Shown: positions 38,756-41,279 of the stretch, one piece after another | Layout of the letters: every line of letters starts with the position of its first letter | Numbering within the stretch: the stretch's first letter is position 1 | Virus record (IMG/VR): IMGVR_UViG_3300045988_151297 | Location: 1-41,279 of that record | DNA length: 41,279 nt | Source of the DNA: a virus | Reading direction: 5' to 3' (one strand) | Notes under the pieces: generated by a model | Told to the model about the DNA's origin: nothing | What the model saw: only the letters and a program-made list of their open reading frames with translations | Database searches by the model: none | Program-made: the position numbers and the translations under genes

Positions 38756-39388
38756 ATGAAAATAACTAATACAGAAGTTTACGGGTTTGCAGCTTCACTT
38801 CGAGGTATGAGAAACCCTATGAATAGTTGGCACTTACAAGATAGTGTCCCTTATTATTGCATGCCTGATATTTTATGGGATGCTACTTTGATAGGAGAAA
38901 GAGATTTAGATTTAGCTAAAAGACTTATAAAAGCCGGTAATGAGCATTGTAAATTTTTAAGACAAATACAAGTTTGGGCAGATTTTGAAATGCCTTTATA
39001 TTGGTGGAGTGAATTTGATACATATAAATTTAATACTAAAAATAGTTGTAGCACAATGCACAAATTATTTAATGCTAAAAAAGAAATTGAATTAGATGAC
39101 TTTGTTTATTCCAAAGAAGATATAAATACATTAAATTTCGTAATAAGGGAATTAAATTCTTTAAGAAAAAGATATTTAGAAACTAAAGATTTTAATTATG
39201 TAATAAGAGGCAAAAGACTTTTACCAACTAGCTTTAAGCAAAAAAGAACAGTAAACACAAATTATGCTGAACTTATAAATATCTATAATCAACGTAAAAA
39301 TCATAGATTAAAAGAAGAATGGCAAGATGTATTTTGTAAATGGTGTGAAGAATTGCCTTATTTTAAACAGTTTTTAGAAGCTAGATAA
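38756..39388 (+). CDS. ThyX-like (flavin-dependent thymidylate synthase fold) protein lacking the RHR signature
   Basis: By-eye alignment to ThyX: ERDLDLAKRLIKAGNEHCKFLRQIQVWADFEMPLYWWSEFDTYKFNTKNSCSTMHKL against ERD..LI.YL.K.GHE.P.EH..F.F....PIF..RQ.FRHRI.S.NE.SGRYSKL. The C-terminal LLPTS...NTNYAELINIYNQRKNHRLKEEWQ aligns with LPL...N.R.L.NF..LR...HAQ.EI. Confidence 0.4.
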   Translation: MKITNTEVYGFAASLRGMRNPMNSWHLQDSVPYYCMPDILWDATLIGERDLDLAKRLIKAGNEHCKFLRQIQVWADFEMPLYWWSEFDTYKFNTKNSCSTMHKLFNAKKEIELDDFVYSKEDINTLNFVIRELNSLRKRYLETKDFNYVIRGKRLLPTSFKQKRTVNTNYAELINIYNQRKNHRLKEEWQDVFCKWCEELPYFKQFLEAR

Positions 39389-39414
39389 TAGCAATAAGGG
39401 GGAGATAACTAAAG

Positions 39415-39876
39415 ATGAAATTATTTGTATCAAAGAAAAAATATGATTTACTTAATAAAGAATATCTTTTACTTAATGATAATTATGAAGAATTGAAAAA
39501 TGCTTATAAAGAGAAGTGTGATAGTATTTTAGATTTAGAATATAAAAATGAAATGCAATACTTTGAAAAAATTGATTTAGAAAATCAAATATCAATATTA
39601 AATCAAGAAGTTGAATTGTATGATAAAACAGTAAAAGATTTAGAAGAAGAAAATGAGAAGCTTAAAAAAGCTAATGAAGAATTAGCAAAGCTTTGGAATG
39701 ATGCTAATAGGAAACTATGGTGTAATAATGAAAGTGCTAGACAATTAAGAAAGTTATCAGAAGATATATTAAATTCACAAAAGATAGATAAAAGCTATCT
39801 ATCAAGCTATATACATGACATATCATTTTATGTGGGTGGTGGAGTAGGTGTTGAACTAAAATCAAAAGATAAATAA
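39415..39876 (+). CDS. Coiled-coil hypothetical protein (153 aa)
   Basis: Track ORF with heptad-rich sequence, after RBS GGGGGAG. Confidence 0.55.
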   Translation: MKLFVSKKKYDLLNKEYLLLNDNYEELKNAYKEKCDSILDLEYKNEMQYFEKIDLENQISILNQEVELYDKTVKDLEEENEKLKKANEELAKLWNDANRKLWCNNESARQLRKLSEDILNSQKIDKSYLSSYIHDISFYVGGGVGVELKSKDK

Positions 39877-39891
39877 AAGGGGAATAAGGGA

Positions 39892-40059
39892 ATGAGAATA
39901 GTAAAAGGGGATAAAGTTAAATATTTAAATTTAGAAGGTGTTGCTATAAGTAATCCATATATGTACATAACAGACATGGAAACTTATATAGATGTTTATT
40001 GTAATGATATAAAAGAAACAATGACATTAAAAATAAATGATTTAGAGAAGGTTGATTAA
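39892..40059 (+). CDS. Small hypothetical protein (55 aa)
   Basis: ATG follows AAGGGGAATAAGGG. Abuts the next gene (TAAATG). Confidence 0.45.
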   Translation: MRIVKGDKVKYLNLEGVAISNPYMYITDMETYIDVYCNDIKETMTLKINDLEKVD

Positions 40060-40311
40060 ATGAATAGAATACATAATTTAGAAATATATAAAAAACTTAG
40101 TGCAGGTGATATGTATATTAAACTTGATGAAGAAGTAGAAGAAGTTGCAGGGGCTATATTAATGAATGATAGAGAAAATCTAACAGAAGAATTACTTGAC
40201 GTTATTCAATGTTGTTATGGTATAGCTTTTACTAAGGGAATAAATTTAGAAGAACATATTAAAGAACATAATGAGAAGTTGTTAAATAGAAATCATAAGT
40301 TTATAGATTAA
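40060..40311 (+). CDS. MazG-like nucleotide pyrophosphohydrolase (small all-alpha NTP-PPase)
   Basis: 83 aa with the acidic metal-binding motifs KLDEEVEEV and TEELLDVI. Confidence 0.6.
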   Translation: MNRIHNLEIYKKLSAGDMYIKLDEEVEEVAGAILMNDRENLTEELLDVIQCCYGIAFTKGINLEEHIKEHNEKLLNRNHKFID

Positions 40312-40344
40312 TGACAATATATGGAAGCTATTTAAATCAATTCT

Positions 40345-40378
40345 AAGGGGTTAGAAATTAAGCCCCTTGTATTTTATA
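40345..40378 (+). terminator. Terminator-like hairpin
   Basis: AAGGGG/CCCCTT stem followed by GTATTTTAT. Confidence 0.4.
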
Positions 40379-40391
40379 AATGGAGGGTAAA

Positions 40392-40619
40392 ATGAAGTTA
40401 ATTGAATTTATAGAAAAAAATATATGTAAAAATTCTCTTATAAGGCTATGGAAGCCTATAGAATGTGGGCATGAAATGATAACTGAAGATGATAGAAAAG
40501 TGTCTATGGAATGGGAAGTGTTAAGAAATGAAAGTTGGATGAATAAATATAGCAATTGCAATGTAATAGGAGTTAAAGATATATATGTAGATGATTTTAT
40601 AGAGAAGCTATTAACATAG
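40392..40619 (+). CDS. Hypothetical protein (75 aa)
   Basis: ATG 40392 follows GGAGGG. The track start is 40380. Confidence 0.5.
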   Translation: MKLIEFIEKNICKNSLIRLWKPIECGHEMITEDDRKVSMEWEVLRNESWMNKYSNCNVIGVKDIYVDDFIEKLLT

Positions 40620-40678
40620 TTATAGATATAAATAAATAATTTTGTAATATTTGGTGTTAAATAAATATCAAGTAAAAA

Positions 40679-40710
40679 GTAGCGATTTCTGAAAGTATTG
40701 AAATTGCTAC
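40679..40710. other. 11-bp-stem hairpin in a non-coding region
   Basis: GTAGCGATTTC (40679..40689) pairs with GAAATTGCTAC (40700..40710), with one G-U. Confidence 0.4.
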
Positions 40711-40751
40711 ATTTCGACAAAGTATACTGTAAATGTATATTTAAAGGACAA

Positions 40752-40802
40752 TTACATAACAAATATTATGTAAATTAAGCTAATATTTTAGATAGATATA
40801 AT
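40752..40802 (+). promoter_or_regulatory. 8-6-8 inverted repeat TTACATAA-N6-TTATGTAA (40752..40773) immediately upstream of a TATAAT (40797..40802)
   Basis: Read directly from the sequence. The -35 is poor (ATTAAG). The element lies upstream of the small ORFs that lead into the late regulator gene. Confidence 0.35.
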
Positions 40803-40824
40803 TTAATTTGGAGGGGGAAATAAT

Positions 40825-40911
40825 ATGAAAAATACTTTAGGTGATTTAAATAATCATTTATTTATGCAATTAGAAAGGCTAAATGATAAAGCTAAGAAAA
40901 GAAGTAAATAA
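40825..40911 (+). CDS. Micro-ORF (28 aa), possibly a truncated gene remnant
   Basis: Strong RBS GGAGGGGGA. Protein MKNTLGDLNNHLFMQLERLNDKAKKRSK. Confidence 0.3.
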   Translation: MKNTLGDLNNHLFMQLERLNDKAKKRSK

Positions 40912-40937
40912 AAACACCACAAAAACGGATAGGAAAA

Positions 40938-41025
40938 TAAAAAACATATTTTAGGTAGTGTAGCACCTATATAGTATCGGCAGACTACACCTTACACCAT
41001 GACCGATACTAAAAAACATATTTTA
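40938..41025. repeat. 16-bp direct repeat TAAAAAACATATTTTA (40938..40953 and 41010..41025) flanking a structured 56-bp segment
   Basis: Exact repeat. The intervening segment has interleaved stems GTGTAG/CTACAC (40958..40963 with 40985..40990) and AGTATCGG/CCGATACT (40973..40980 with 41003..41010). Confidence 0.8.
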
Positions 41026-41038
41026 AACGGAGGAAGTT

Positions 41039-41194
41039 ATGAAGCACAAGTTTTGGATTAGAGTTAGATTTTGTGGAGAAATCATAGATAGATTTTTCTT
41101 AGATTATCCTAAGATGAATTATTTTACAACTAAACATAATATAAAAGATAAAGACATTATTTTTATTAAAACTAGAAAAGAACTAATAAGGTAA
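41039..41194 (+). CDS. Small hypothetical protein (51 aa) spanning the repeat junction
   Basis: ATG follows GGAGGAAG. Protein begins MKHKFWIRVRFCGEIIDRFFLDYPKMNYF... The stop at 41192..41194 is equivalent to 12..14. Confidence 0.45.
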   Translation: MKHKFWIRVRFCGEIIDRFFLDYPKMNYFTTKHNIKDKDIIFIKTRKELIR

Positions 41195-41279
41195 TAAAAC
41201 AATAATATCTAGGGGGAGTATTATGACTAAAGATAAATATAAATATATCGAAGGGTTATTAAGAAATTATAAAAAAAAT
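41181..41279. repeat. Second copy of the 99-bp terminal repeat, containing the duplicated 5' end of the regulator gene (ATG 41223)
   Basis: Identical to 1..99. Confidence 0.95.

Noticed and set aside
1667-40762. Antisense shadow ORFs from the track. On the minus strand: 1667..1867, 5047..5307, 7074..7262, 7622..7813, 7950..8144, 11893..12081, 14137..14331, 18413..18814, 19840..20115, 20341..20538, 25008..25310, 25343..25573, 29962..30212, 31154..31375, 32962..33171, 33424..33708, 33958..34503, 35690..35896, 35978..36232, 36492..36764, 38318..38515, 38854..39063, 40358..40762. On the plus strand: 23419..23721.
   Set aside because: Each lies fully inside, and opposite to, a well-supported gene. 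Each lacks an RBS. Their products have the Leu/Ser/Phe-rich low-complexity composition typical of the reverse strand of purine-rich AT-rich coding DNA.
1-41279. tRNA, tmRNA or rRNA genes.
   Set aside because: I could not recognise any cloverleaf-compatible GC-rich segment by eye. A dedicated tRNA scan would be needed to exclude them formally.

Overview
The window is one complete, AT-rich genome of a tailed phage of low-GC Firmicutes, Clostridium-like in codon and promoter style. Bases 1..99 are identical to 41181..41279, so the sequence closes on itself with a unit length of 41,180 bp.

Layout:
- 43..21240 (+) is the late block. It runs RinA/ArpU-like regulator, TerS, PBSX-type TerL, SPP1-type portal, gp7/MuF-like head protein, scaffold, major capsid, connectors, then a PBSX/Xkd-like contractile tail. 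The tail carries sheath, tube, a chaperone with a -1 frameshift, tape measure, LysM protein, an XkdQ-NlpC/P60 fusion, baseplate and fibres. A BhlA/UviB holin and an Amidase_3 endolysin close the block.
- 21.6..24.1 kb (-) is a leftward operon of micro-genes driven by consensus promoters.
- 24.3..41.2 kb (+) holds many short early operons. They encode two RepA_N-like proteins, a Myb/SANT protein, zinc-ribbon micro-proteins and a membrane FtsK-like ATPase next to a membrane GIY-YIG nuclease. They also encode XRE HTHs, a Rad52-like annealase, an ERCC4 nuclease, a replisome organiser, a primase-helicase, RHH, a Spo0E-like peptide, SSB, DUF3310, a ThyX-like protein and a MazG-like protein.

I found no integrase, no ParA/ParB and no CI/LexA-type repressor, tRNA or CRISPR array.

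Most interesting observations:
1. An autonomous cassette inside the head module (4984..5617) pairs a truncated paralogue of the replisome-organiser DNA-binding domain with two 11-bp-phased iteron arrays. Their motifs recur inside the organiser gene.
2. A membrane-anchored FtsK/SpoIIIE-like ATPase sits directly upstream of a tail-anchored GIY-YIG nuclease.
3. A two-gene module (shared 43-aa N-terminal leader protein plus AbrB-like protein) is duplicated in inverted orientation, including a 40-bp perfect inverted repeat 12.5 kb apart.
4. The major capsid gene ends in a candidate +1 frameshift site, CCC_UAA.
5. A consensus + strand promoter points antisense into the leftward operon, and terminator-like palindromes lie at its far end.
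6. Several genes look related to sporulation: Spo0E-like, RsfA/Myb-like, AbrB-like, SpoIIIE-like and a CwlC-like endolysin.

All family calls come from motif reading only. No searches were run.
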